From Microthyrium microscopicum (taxonomy: Eukaryota), in contig MU004235.1 in the NCBI GenBank assembly GCA_010405405.1, forward strand, positions 262,538 to 326,537: DNA of 64,000 nucleotides, given 5' to 3'. The position numbers were made by a program, and so were the translations under genes. The notes below the pieces were generated by a model. The model saw only the letters and a list, made by a program, of their open reading frames with translations. It did no database searches and had not been told where the DNA came from. Shown one piece after another: positions 23,844 to 35,899 of this stretch. Positions within the stretch are counted from its first letter, which is position 1, and each line of letters begins with the position of its first letter.

Positions 23844-26396
23844 GCTTTCGACCAAGGAATTTGACAGGTCATCTCTTCGATCTTTCAACGAGCATTTACA
23901 GCGAGCCTGCGTGTTTTTCCCAGCAAAAACCGATTGAAGGTTCCTATCGGCGATATCGTCGCTCTCACGCTCTTACTTTGGATCGATGCCCTTGTCCTTT
24001 CACATTCCTACCGACTTTCCATTTCTACCACACACAACGTTAAAAAGCACAACATAACATCAAACATACTCCCTTCCACCTGCACAAAACTGGCTTTTGT
24101 GCATCGATGGCTCGGGTTTTAATCATGCATATTTTTCCTTTCTGCATAAATATCCACGGGTTATTCGGAATGGCGAAACTGGTTTTGGTCTTTTCTCTCT
24201 AACGACCTCAGCATTATACCCTTTTCCAAATGTCAACCTTGCATCACTGGCGTTATACTCACCTCAAGTCGATCTTTACATCTTGGTTCTTCACATGTGG
24301 AACAAACCGGTTATTCTCTGCACTTGTGCAGACTTTGGCTGAAAAGTATTTATTATTCTGGTGCGGGTTTGAATGGTGTTTGAAAATTGGGTTTCTGGAT
24401 GGTTCTTGTTAGCCTTTTTAGTTACCACCAAAAATAGTTAGTTGTTGTTTCAATTGAAATGATTACATGTAAATCTTGTTGTTGTGCTTCTCATCCTTGG
24501 TGTTATGCTTCTCGTCCTTGATGTTTAATGCTCCACTCACCGCTTCGCAGATGTACTGAAACAAAAGGGCAAAATCATTTTCATATAATGTAGCCTGGCT
24601 GACATTGTGCCATAGCAGTTGACATTGATCCACTAGAGATTTGCTCAGGTAGTCTAACAAAACTTACTCGCAGCATTGACTCTTGGTGGTGGTCTGCTAT
24701 GAGATGAAGTTGAGATAGCCTCCGTGCCCTCAGCCTCGTGCCGACCACGAGTTTAGCCCTGGGGACCCACGTTTTGACGATACCCGAAGATAATATCCCG
24801 ATGACACCTGCCGAGTTCGGAAGATCCATAGTAACATCGCATCTAACAACACACAAAGCCAAGATCATAGCAGCTTCCATTGCGGATATCTGCCCTCATT
24901 GCGGATCCGGTTATCGCGTAATCTGAGCAACATCGACAGCGCAAAGTACTTGCTCCTGCAATATCATCGCCGCAATAAGCATTCGACCAGTAAGGATTCA
25001 CGCCATGCGGCTTCAGATGGCACTTGAGTCTGGCCAGCGCCACAGATAGATCAAGTTATGTTTGATAAGTGGTTTCTTGATGTCGGGGCCGATGAGGCTC
25101 ATGGCTTAACTACGGGACGCACACTAGATGCACCGTTACATTGGGCTATCGGAAGCAAGGGGAATTATACCAGAAAGTGCCGAACCGCCGAGATGGGCTT
25201 TTGCACACACCACACATAAGTTCGCGGGAAAGGGCTAGGCCAGGGTCGTCCATGGTATTTTGAAGCTGACGCAAAGTCGTGAGATGTCGTCGGATGTTGC
25301 TTCCATCGGCTAATTAACATCGGAAGCTGGATCCGACGACTGAAACAACGCTCCATAGCGGCGGAACGTTCCGCATCATCGAATCCTAGGTACGACACCA
25401 AATCCAAGAAGATGAAGTCTGGGGAAGGCTAGCGTATCCTTTCTAGGTGCTTTGCATCAGGTCAATGGTCTATCCACTACATCTCTTGCGAGAACTTCAG
25501 CACCCATTATTGCGGACCGCTCATCTTGCCCTGACAGAACATTCGGAACTGTTAACTACCCACACGAGTGCTGATGGTGGATTTGATACCTGCTGGTGCT
25601 GATAGCGTTACAATTCGATATTGGAAGCCTCCGGATCAGTCACTCGGATATGAACCAGGGAGCTTTAGCAAGGATTCAACGTCTTGCATCATGATAGTTG
25701 CACCTATTCCATGGTCATGGTGCGAATACCCTGTCAGGATAACTCATCTTCAACTCAGAGCACCATCTCAAAGTACGATTGAGGGACATCGCTTGTGGCT
25801 GTCGTAAACAGGCAGCTTATGCCGCCAAAGGGCAGTAATCAGCAAACTGAAGTGCGCGTGAGCGAAAGAATATAAGTGTTTTGACGTCATGACTTTTTGG
25901 CGATGCATTGGTCGCGAAGTGGTCCAATGACGGGCATTATGGCATAAGTTCATTGTTCCGGGGTAGCTTTTTGCTTTTTCGAGTTTTCAACGCCTTCGTG
26001 AGTTTGATGGCTACGAGGTATACTTTCAAGAACCGGGTTGAGCCAGATTTGCTACCGCACTCGCGTAAATTGCGCTTGTGTGACAGATGGGGCGTTCTGG
26101 GATATCGAGTCCGCTTTCTGTATCGTAAGTTGCAAATTAAACCAGTAGGATGTTGAATTTGAGAGTGGAAGCTAGCCAGCTCACAAGCTCAAAGGTGCAG
26201 CGAGCACCGCGTCTTCGCCCAGGAATCGATCCACCACGAACCGCCATGTCGGATTATACGACTTCCATCACAGTGTTCCAAGTATTTCGGACACTATCCG
26301 ATAATGTGAACTTTGATACTCAGAAGTCAGACCGCCTTCCAGGACTAACCATTTCAGTGGTCAAAGCTTGACTCGATGTTTTGGATGAGTAAACGC

Positions 26397-26545
26397 TGAC
26401 GGAGCAGGAACGCCCCTAGGGGCGTTTCACCCCTCTAGGGAGGGTATTTTAGGGGCCCGCAGTAGCTGTTCTTCATGTCTTTAGCAACATCTTTTATAAC
26501 AGCAATAAACCATCTAATCCTCTGCCACTACGAACACGAAGAACA
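26397..26545 (+). repeat. 5' LTR
   Basis: TGACGGAGCAGG...CACGAAGAACA; no mismatch seen against 27226-27374. Confidence 0.95.
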
Positions 26546-27225
26546 ATCTGGGGGCTGAACCACGGAGTGGTACGATTCGAAGATGCTTATCTTAACATCC
26601 TTATGTTTCTCAAAGCTCCTCACCGTCTTGTCGATGACGACGACCAATCCTCTCCTTTGAACGTTACCTTTCATCAACAACAATCATCAGAAACATATCG
26701 TTGACCATCGAAAGCCATGTCGTTGAAGCCACGGCCAACAGATCTCGCTGTTTGACGACCAAATCGATCCTTCTTTCGTCCTTTTTGAGCCATTTTACCA
26801 TTTTTGAGAACGGCTAGACAATCATTGCCCCGAGCCAACCTTCCCAACGAGTCCCGGCCCCACCACCGAAATCACATACAAAGAGCGGAACGAACCGGGC
26901 ATCAGGCCCATAACCAGCGGTTTTTTGATGAGAAGAATTGAGATGTTATTGAACTGACGGGTGACCCTGAGTTGTGGCACGCCGGGTAGTCAATTGAACA
27001 AGATATGAAGTGAATTGGAACTAGCTGGGAATCCCCGGGAAGAACGATCTAGTCCTCGGCATTGATATAGAAAGGGGTATGTGAGAGAACCGGCAGATTC
27101 AGTGGATTTGGTCAACGAAGAAAGAAGCAAAATGAATGCGTTTGAAGGCACGGTGAACAAGAGATCTCAACACCAAAATTGAAGCTTGAGATACCTATCT
27201 CAAGCTTGCTCGTTGTTAGGATGGT

Positions 27226-27374
27226 TGACGGAGCAGGAACGCCCCTAGGGGCGTTTCACCCCTCTAGGGAGGGTATTTTAGGGGCCCGCAGTAGCTGTTC
27301 TTCATGTCTTTAGCAACATCTTTTATAACAGCAATAAACCATCTAATCCTCTGCCACTACGAACACGAAGAACA
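27226..27374 (+). repeat. 3' LTR
   Basis: Copy of 26397-26545, preceded by a short purine-rich AGGATGG. Confidence 0.95.
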
Positions 27375-27758
27375 ACGCCACGGAAGGCAGTACCTTGTAG
27401 ATCGTACTGCTTGGGGCTCCCTGAATCCACAGTCCCCGCAAACCCCAACATCTTACCTCTTAGCGGCGCATGTTCTGGCAGACTTGACCCCAATCTCCTC
27501 TTTCATCCTTGATCGTGTGCACGTGTGGTGCATATTTCATTCGCCTCTTACTGGACCTTGTATTCAATTGGCCAGAGGCATGTCGTGGCGCCGCTCGAGG
27601 GTTATGCTGCGTTGCAGAGCACTACTGATGTCACCGCAAGAATAAATACTGGGGTGAGCCTCCAATTACTCGGAATTCACATCTGAAAGCTGGCATTTCT
27701 CACCTTCTATTGACTTTGACTATCATACATATACATTGAATAGTCGAATACAACAGCT

Positions 27759-29600
27759 ATGCCACTTGCGTTGAAAAAGCCCGAGGGCGAGCCAGGAGCA
27801 GCATGGCCTGCTATTATGGTCGGAGTGTTTGTTGCATTCGGTGGTGTTCTTTATGGGTTAGCAACATGAACAACTCTTGAACAGAAATTGAAGCTGACAA
27901 TGAGACAGATACGACACAGGAACCATTAGCGGAATATCCGCAATGGACTTTTGGCTCCACAGCTTCGCCGACAAATCCAACAACTATATGCTCACATCTT
28001 CGCAAAACTCCCTGATTGTCTCCATTCTCTCGGCTGGTACTTTCTTCGGTGCCTTGTCTGCTGCGCCATTGGCAGATCGCGTAGGTCGTCGCATTGGTCT
28101 TATGTTATCCACTGGCATCGTTTTCAACTTTGGCGTTATTCTTCAAGTCGCTTCGACTAGCCGACCATTGTTTATTGCTGGACGATTCTTTGCAGGTCTT
28201 GGTGTAGGTTTGGTTTCTGCACAAAGTAAGTTCTCCCAGGGAAGTATATATGGATTCGAGTACTAACAACTCGTAGTCCCCATGTACCAATCAGAGACTT
28301 CTCCAAAATGGATTCGCGGAACAGTTGTAGGATGCTACCAGCTAGCAATCACCATCGGTCTCTTCCTCGCAGCCATTGTCAACAATTCCACCAAGGACCG
28401 ACAAGATAGTGGCTCGTACAGAATTCCAGTTGCCATTCAATTCCTCTGGTCCATCATTCTGGTCACAGGTCTAATCTTCTTGCCTGAGACGCCTCGATTC
28501 CTCATCAAGAAAGACAAGCGACAAAAGGCCGTTCATTCTCTCAGTAGACTCCGTCGTCTTCCTGAAGATCATCCTGCTCTTGAAACCGAAATTGCCGAGA
28601 TCGAGGCAAATCACAGATATGAGATGTCTTTGGCTTCAAGTGCCTCATACGCCGACTGCTTCCGTGGGACTATTGGAAAGCGAACACTTACTGGATGTGC
28701 TCTCCAGGCTCTCCAGCAACTTACAGGGTATGTCTAGAGAATTAACTGTCAATTTTGCTCAGAATGCTAATGAGGAATATAGTGTCAACTTCATCTTCTA
28801 CTATGGAACACAATATTTCAAGAACGCAGGCTTCCAAGATCCATTCATCATCCAAGTGATCACCAATTGCGTCAACGTCGCCTCCACATTCCCTGGTCTC
28901 TACGCAGTCGAAAAGGCTGGCCGTCGTAATCTTCTCCTCTTCGGTGCAATTGGCATGGTAAGTCATACAACTTGCTCCTACGAATATTGTTATAGAAAAC
29001 ATATGCTAACATACCTCACAGTGCGTCTGCCAATTTATCGTAGCCTCCGTCGGCGTCTCCACCCCCGAAACTTCTCTTCCCGCCCAACGCACCGCCATCG
29101 CCTTCGTCTGCATCTACATCTTCTTCTTCGCCTGCTCCTGGGGTCCCGTCGCCTGGGTCGTCACCGGCGAACTCTACCCCCTCAAAGTCCGCGCCAAGTG
29201 TCTCTCCATGACCACCGCATCCAACTGGCTACTCAACTGGGCCATCGCCTACGCCACACCCTACATGGTCGATCCCGACCACGCAAATCTGAAGAGTAAA
29301 GTATTCTTCGTATGGGGCAGTTTCTGCTTCGTCTGCATCGCCTTTGTCTACTTCATGATCTACGAGACCAAAGGTCTATCGCTCGAAGAAGTCGATGAGT
29401 TGTACGGTATGGTGTCACAAGCTCGCAACTCCAAGAAATTTATCCCCGCTGTGCGCTTCTCGGAGGTGGAGAAGGATGGGTATGATGGGCGGAAAATGTC
29501 GTTGGCGGAGATTGCGCAGGGACAGACGAGGAGACGGAGTAGTGTGGCGCCTGGTGGTTTGGCGCATGCCGAGAAGGGTCAGGCGGAGAAGCTTGGTTGA
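27759..29600 (+). CDS. MFS sugar porter, high-affinity hexose transporter (RCO-3/MstA-like), multi-exon
   Basis: MPLALKKPEG...FVAFGGVLYG|YDTGTISG; DRVGRR; PETPR; QQLTG|VNFIFYYG; VEKAGRR; YETKG; four canonical introns. Confidence 0.93.
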
Positions 29601-31102
29601 AGACGCTACGCTGCGTTGTAGATGTTGGATGGGTGGAGTTCGATTTATGCAAAGTTGCCGTTTAGACTTTGTTGCTTGTTAGAGTACCATTTTAGTTGTT
29701 GCGGTTTCGATATCCCCGTGTGTATCACTGTCTTTGATGTGTTAATGTCCTATATATGGAAAATGTAATGAATCATGATTGAGAAATGCATTGTGGGTGA
29801 TGATGATACTATTTTGTTCCTCCTGAATGATTCAATGTATGTTATCATTCGGTAGACGACCTGTACGAGTACAATACTCATATCCGATATCTAAGAGTAC
29901 ATATTTAGTGGTCAACAGATGCAGCAGCGCTTCAGAGACCGGCATCAAGCCAATTGTCCAACGCGCCACCATCCCACCACTAACAACAACCCGCCAGCTT
30001 CTAACCTAAACATCACCTACCCACGTACGACCAGGACTGCCTTCCAGGCAAAAATGCATGGGGACGGATGCCCGTCAGATCCCGAGACGCATTATGGTGT
30101 GGAGGAAGATTGGTATGTGGATGGATTGCATTAGACTTTATAGCATACACACCTGATTGAAGTGAAAGTCGTGGTGAAAGCAACATACACTTGTTACTGT
30201 ACGCCAGTGACTGTATGCTGAAGTACTGAAGGCAACTGCTGTGCCTTTGACTCAACTTGACTTATCTCTGAGGCTCCAAGCTCAGCGCACTGGCTCACAA
30301 TGGTCAAAGTTTTATGTTCACTGCCACTTGTCTCTTTTGCCTGCCGCACAGAATTGAAGCTCACGCTGAGCATCTGAGCAGCCAGTGATGGCTGAATGCA
30401 ACAGTATCGTTGAAGTCAGCCTACAATCACTGCACCACCTTCACTCCAAGACGTTTCGCGTTGGTATAAAGCCTATTGGATCCTATCCCAAACCTCTTCT
30501 TCTTCATCCATCCTAATATTACACTGGTGTAGTCATGGTACGATGGGTGGATTAGGGCAGCGAAATGCCGCAGTTTGCCAAGAAGGCGACGTGGGATGCC
30601 ACATCCCCACCCAAAGAACACGGTGGAGAGAATTGGCAACGTCGACAGTCAGTTGGGTTGGTTGCCAGTGGAAGGGGGTGAGGGCGGATTGGAGCATTGG
30701 CTTGATGCCGATGTCTGAGCCGCTTGAACTTCTTCCTGTCTGATTGTTCTATTATTTGATGTTGTAGACATGGAGTGCGATATGACGCGCGACTTGCTGC
30801 TTGGAATGCTTCTGACTGGTCAAATTGTCCTACCGAGTTATCAATTGTGCTATATTTCAGTTGTTACGGTTTCTACATCGACGTGTGTACCACTCACTGT
30901 CCTTGATGTATCGATGTTCTATAGGGGAAAGCATACTGATCACATTCCCAAATGAGAAATGCACATTGGATTATTGTGATGAATTAGGTACATGAACCTA
31001 CAGTAACTTCTTCGCTGACTCTGACAAATTGTCTCAACACAGGTGTAGTATTGATACATGCATAGATCTGGTGTGCTTTTGACTGTTAACTCTGGCGAAA
31101 CA

Positions 31103-32374
31103 CTATCCCCTCCGAGTTCGATGCTGTCTGATATGATCCACATAATCAGCTTTGTAGTTAACAAATCGTTGGAACTCCTCCCTGGTAATCGCGGGCTCTG
31201 AGTAGCTCAGCTCAAACCGTCCGATCTCGTCGCAGCGAGACTTGAGGCGTTCAAGTCGAGCCCACGGGTATTCGAACGAGCGATATTTTCCTATATAGCG
31301 GAAACCGTCCCAATCATTGACCTTCTCTTCCCGCGCGAGCCAATGACCTTTGCACAGACATACTTTGATATGCTTCAGATTCATGCCTGGAGACTCACTT
31401 TGCGTCAATCTGTATGTCCAATCTTCAAAATCCTGGTCTACTGCGAACAAGGCGCAAACAAAGCTGATAACTAACGTATGTACTGTAGGCACTAGTAGCG
31501 GTACCTCAACTGGTTCAGCTCTGAGGAAATCCTCCAGCCATGCCCCGTGAAGATGTAACTCCTGGAGTTGCGGAAGGATTGGACTCATTCTGGAGTCACC
31601 TCTGACATAATTCGCAAACAGTCCTCCCCAAGAATGGAGTGAGAGTATTCGCAGGCTTGAAGGTATTGATGAGGATAGTTCGATGACCTCACTCAAATTT
31701 CTGACGGCGTGATCGGAGATGTATAAGACCTCCAGTCTTTCCGGAGTTTCGACCAGTGTTTTCATAACGTTCAGAGGAAGAGCTGACACGGGATGATTAT
31801 TCTCTGTCGCGAAGATTACTTCTTGGCAGATAGCAAGGTGACAAAGCTTGGGAAGAAATGACACCAGAGAAAGGAGCAGCTTCGCAATGCTATGTTCTGG
31901 GGTGGGTCGGATTAAGATGTCAAGTTTTAGATGGCGCACTTGACTCAGACAAGTTCTAAAATAGTCTTCAACGAACTTCATACAACCAGGACTGCCTTCA
32001 ACTTCTCGGTAGCAGTGAATTGGTAGAGTAAGAGTCTTGCAGTATTTCCATGCATCATCTGGCGAGAGTCTGAGCCAGTAAGCTAGAGCATGAGGTTGTT
32101 GTTTGATGTGCAGATGTCGAAATAAGAAGCGTCTTGACACCTGCCAAACACGATAGCAGACCTTTGAGAGTACTTGGGCTCGGATGGGTCTGTATTGGAA
32201 AGGGCGCAGATCGTCCATAAAGTCATCCTCATGATACTTCGCGAAATGGGAATATTCGTCGCCAGCACAGGTGAACCAGCAGATTCGCTCCAGGGTCTCA
32301 TTCGGAAGTCTCAGTAGATCCGAATTTTGTTGCTTGCGTGCTGGAGGAGAGCTTATCGGCTGAAAAGAGCGCAT
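31103..32374 (-). CDS. F-box-like protein with leucine-rich C-terminal region
   Basis: 423-aa ORF; N-terminal LLRLPNETLERIC...LSKVCYRVWQVSRRFLFRHL resembles an F-box; LxxLxL repeats downstream. Confidence 0.65.
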   Translation of the reverse strand: MRSFQPISSPPARKQQNSDLLRLPNETLERICWFTCAGDEYSHFAKYHEDDFMDDLRPFQYRPIRAQVLSKVCYRVWQVSRRFLFRHLHIKQQPHALAYWLRLSPDDAWKYCKTLTLPIHCYREVEGSPGCMKFVEDYFRTCLSQVRHLKLDILIRPTPEHSIAKLLLSLVSFLPKLCHLAICQEVIFATENNHPVSALPLNVMKTLVETPERLEVLYISDHAVRNLSEVIELSSSIPSSLRILSLHSWGGLFANYVRGDSRMSPILPQLQELHLHGAWLEDFLRAEPVEVPLLVPTVHTLVISFVCALFAVDQDFEDWTYRLTQSESPGMNLKHIKVCLCKGHWLAREEKVNDWDGFRYIGKYRSFEYPWARLERLKSRCDEIGRFELSYSEPAITREEFQRFVNYKADYVDHIRQHRTRRG

Positions 32375-32881
32375 GGTGGTGGTGGTGTAAAAATGACTCG
32401 TCGATTGCTTGAGAGATTGAAGAGTGCTCGTGAGTGTGAGGAGTAGAAGGATTTGATGTCAGTCTGGTATTCGTTATGTGTACTGGCTTCAGGAGGAGAC
32501 AGCATGAAGGAAGGTACGATTCAGCTGTGGTACGAATCAGCTGTGGTACGTAAGACATAGTGGTCACCAACCGATGGACAAAATAACTAGCGTTCTCCCA
32601 TCAGCGTCGATGGCTTCATGGCAAATAAAGCACTCGATAGCGGATCGTCTTGTATGGCAGCCATCGCACTCGTTGGGAGCGCGCCGTTTATTTTGTCAAC
32701 CCCTTGACCAATCAAGCCACTACCATCGCTCCTTCTGTGTTGTGTAATTACGCCTTCCAATTATGAGTACGCCAGAATTTCCAAGTTCATTCTATACGTG
32801 CTGGAGGGAATATGGTCCTAACAGTATGTCCTGGAGGTTGAGTAGTATAAAACGAAAGAGAATATTTATCATTACGCCGAT

Positions 32882-34924
32882 TTACTCCTCCGCCTGAGTC
32901 TTGCTCTTCATCCTCGCCTTCGCCTTGCTAGCATTAAAATCAACAAGTCTTGGATCCTTACCTTTTCGTCTTGCTGCCTTCTTCTTCGCCAACAGAATCA
33001 ACTTCTCGTCCTCGCTGTCATCCCACCCACCAAACTCGTCATCCGACTTCTCATCATCCGCAATAGGCGTGCGATCCACAACCTCTTCCTCTACTGTTGT
33101 CCCATTCTCCATCTTTGCCTTGTCACCGTTGACAATAGGCCCAGCCTTCGTGGGTCCAATCTTCTTGAACTTGGCGACAAAGAAACCATCCATGTTGTAA
33201 GCATGCGGGTAGTATCTTCGGGTCTCCTTCATGCTGGGGTGGAATATCTTGCCCATGTGGCGCGTGAAACCCTCTTTGCCAAAAACCAGGCCGGTCGACA
33301 CTAGTTTGACGTTGGGTCGTTTAGTGAGTGCGTATTCGACGACCATTTCGTTCTCTTCGACCGTGACACTACATGTTGAGTATACAATGTATCCGCCCGT
33401 CTTGCTCGCGTGGTCGACAGAGTCAATAGCAGCGAGGAGCAACTTCTTCTGCGTGAATGGCATCTTCATGAAATCCTTTTCCGTCTTGTTCGTCTTGACA
33501 CTAGGATCCTTAGAGATAACACCAGTGCCGGAGCAAGGCGCATCAATGAGCACGCGGTCAAAGCCACCCATCACGCGGGGAAATTCAGTGGCATCGTAAT
33601 TGCAGACGATGGTGTTTTTGACGCCTAGGCGATGAATGTTGCCGATAAGACCTTTGGAACGAGTTTTGCTGGCATCATTGGCGAAGATGACGCCAGTGTT
33701 GCGCATTAAAGCGGCGATGTGTGTTGTTTTACCACCAGGAGCGGCGGCCATATCGAGAACGCGTTCATTTTCCTGCGGTGCGAGGGCCATGACGGGGAGG
33801 AAGGAAGAGGCCGCTTGTAGAATGTATTGACCAGCAAGGTATTCGGGTGTTGCACCAAGCGGTACTGTGGTTTCGAAGATCTGAAGGCCAACTTTGGACC
33901 ACTTTCCAACTGGCTCGAGGTTCACGCCTCGATTGATGAGCGATTGGGCAAGTTCGCGGCGATGGGTGCGGAGGGTGTTTGTTCTGAGGACGATGGGGCG
34001 AGGAGTTTCGTTGGCTTCGAAAAATGAAAAGGCCTCTCGTGGTGGGAATAGACTGTAGAGTTTTTCGGCTAAGAACTCAGAGTATCCGTAATAAGAACAT
34101 ATGTCCTTGATCAGCTGCTGGGTGTATTCAGATCTCGATCTGCCCTTTTCGCCCAACTGTGAAAAACTTTCGAGGACACGAATAGTCTCGTTGATTCGTT
34201 CGCGTAAGAGTCGGAGATCCGGCGCGAGATGTTGTGGAGCTGGCTCATCGTCGTCAATAATCTTCTCAGGATCACCAAGAATGTTGGTTTGCATGTTTGT
34301 CTCTTGCAGTTCAGCATCGCCTGCCTCTTCGTCTTCGGCAATCTGCTTATCTAGTCGCTTCGACAATCCCTCGATATTGGCCGCTGTAAGTTTATCAAGT
34401 GCTTCGTCATCGTCTTCATCTTCAGACCACATCCCTTGCTGTTTGACCTCCTCATCAGAGTCAAAGTTTGACCCAGATTCTGCAAGCTCATCATCAAGCA
34501 ATTCGTCCTCGCTAGCACTACCAAGCGCATCGAGTCCAGAGACTTGTACGCCATCCAATTCATCTTCCATGATATCTGGATCATCGATACCGTCCCCAGA
34601 CAGATCTCCATCGCTATCAGCATCCTCCCACTCGTCTTCCTTCGGGACAGGGACCTTCTTCGACTTGGGTTTGGGTTTCGAGGCAATCGGTTGCGCCTTT
34701 GCTTTCTTCAGGATGCCTTTTGCTTTTCCGTTTGGTGCGCTGCCATTGACAGGCTTCTTCCCATTGCTCTTGGCTGCGAAACTTTGCTTGTCGACCTTGC
34801 GCCTCTTGTCAAATTCGTCGGAATCCGGTGCGGCCTTGCGTTTTCTAGTAACGAGAGATTCATTAAGCGGTTCAGGAACGCCCTGCTTCTGCAGACGACG
34901 ACTAAGTGGTTTCTTTTTTGCCAT
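32882..34924 (-). CDS. NOP2: 25S rRNA cytosine-C5 methyltransferase Nop2
   Basis: Acidic/basic N-terminus; LDMAAAPGGKT, DRVLIDAPCSG, YSTCSV and MDGFFVAK. Confidence 0.97.
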   Translation of the reverse strand: MAKKKPLSRRLQKQGVPEPLNESLVTRKRKAAPDSDEFDKRRKVDKQSFAAKSNGKKPVNGSAPNGKAKGILKKAKAQPIASKPKPKSKKVPVPKEDEWEDADSDGDLSGDGIDDPDIMEDELDGVQVSGLDALGSASEDELLDDELAESGSNFDSDEEVKQQGMWSEDEDDDEALDKLTAANIEGLSKRLDKQIAEDEEAGDAELQETNMQTNILGDPEKIIDDDEPAPQHLAPDLRLLRERINETIRVLESFSQLGEKGRSRSEYTQQLIKDICSYYGYSEFLAEKLYSLFPPREAFSFFEANETPRPIVLRTNTLRTHRRELAQSLINRGVNLEPVGKWSKVGLQIFETTVPLGATPEYLAGQYILQAASSFLPVMALAPQENERVLDMAAAPGGKTTHIAALMRNTGVIFANDASKTRSKGLIGNIHRLGVKNTIVCNYDATEFPRVMGGFDRVLIDAPCSGTGVISKDPSVKTNKTEKDFMKMPFTQKKLLLAAIDSVDHASKTGGYIVYSTCSVTVEENEMVVEYALTKRPNVKLVSTGLVFGKEGFTRHMGKIFHPSMKETRRYYPHAYNMDGFFVAKFKKIGPTKAGPIVNGDKAKMENGTTVEEEVVDRTPIADDEKSDDEFGGWDDSEDEKLILLAKKKAARRKGKDPRLVDFNASKAKARMKSKTQAEE

Positions 34925-35180
34925 GATGTTGGATTGCAAAAATATTATCGGATGTTAGAAAGGCAATAAATTTCCCAGCCAGCTCCAATATTTTTTATCT
35001 CGAAAATTTCCCCGCTACCAAAAACGCTGCAGCCAATCACAGACTTCACACAATCACTAGCCCCGAAACTCAACCGGCCTACATGACGATGTCTTGGCAT
35101 CAACTCGAGCTTCCTCCGCTTCAATCGTTCGGAACCCAACCCCATTTCATACACCAAACAACTTCATAAACACCGCAATC

Positions 35181-35899
35181 ATGACAGAAATCTCCTTCGC
35201 CCGCTCCTTTCTCTCCGCCCTCGACGGCCGCCCCATAAAAGTCACCAGCGACCACATCAGCGATCCACGCCAACTCCCCGCCCAAGTCAGCGTATGCCTC
35301 ACCATCCATTGCCTGCTCATACATCCAACTAACTCTACTAATAATAGTATACACTCCCAAAATACCCACATTCACCACCAAAACGCAAGCGCTCCGACTC
35401 AACCTCCACACCAACCAACACCTCCTCCGCCTCGTTAAGCGTCAACCTATCAACCATGAAATTCCCCACACACACGCTGAAATTGGACGGGCAAAGCGGG
35501 AGTACGAGCGTCTTTGATTTGAAGAACGCATATGTCAAGCGCTTCAGTGTGCCGGTGGACAAGATCAAGTTGTTATATGCGAAGAAACCTGTGGCGGACT
35601 CAAAGACGCTGGGTGAAGTAATTGGGAGCGCGACGGGAGATGTGGAGTTTTCGGTTATGTTGATGGGTGGTGTGGTGCCGAGTGATAGTGCGCCTGAAGA
35701 AAATGTGCCGGCAGCTAAGGAGGCGCCGGTGGAGAAGCAAAGTAAGAAAGAGGACAAGCACGTTTCGGCAGGACCGTCAGGGAAGGAGTTGGAGACGGAT
35801 GCGTTTTGGGAGGATCTTAAAGGCTTTTTGGTGCAGAGGTTGAAGGATGAGGGTGAGGGAGAGAGGTTGGCGAAGGTGTTTAGGAAGGCAGCGAGTTGA
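35181..35899 (+). CDS. GET5: Ubiquitin-like GET-pathway protein Get5/Mdy2, 2 exons
   Basis: MTEISFARSFLSALDGRPIK N-domain; intron GTATGC...TAG gives PAQVS|YTLPK; UBL domain (DKIKLLYAKKPVADSK); C-terminal FWEDLKGFL dimerisation helix. Confidence 0.85.

Larger units (their letters stand above)
26397..27374 (+). mobile_element. Non-autonomous miniature LTR retrotransposon (TRIM-like), 978 bp
   Basis: Identical 149-bp direct repeats with TG...CA ends; 4-bp TSD ACGC at 26393-26396 and 27375-27378; PBS-like TGGGGGCTGAACC at 26549; AATAAA in each LTR; 680-bp interior with no ORF of 60 aa or more. Confidence 0.93.

Noticed and set aside
24440..26380. Possible pseudogene, including a 21-bp duplication encoding KDEKHN twice
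   Set aside because: All frames are interrupted and no family motif was recognised; would need BLASTX.
26397..26545. Hammerhead ribozyme in the LTR (retrozyme hypothesis)
   Set aside because: No CUGANGA...GAAA core on either strand; the LTR shows ordinary TATA-like and AATAAA signals. Other ribozyme classes need a covariance-model scan.
29830..30960. Small ORFs between the transporter and the F-box-like gene
   Set aside because: Short, without motifs or a supportable exon structure.
34101..34958. Long antisense ORFs over NOP2 (also over HSP60 37924-38514, LAS17 54785-55588 and WBP11 58330-58986)
   Set aside because: Shadow frames caused by codon bias and low-complexity sense proteins.
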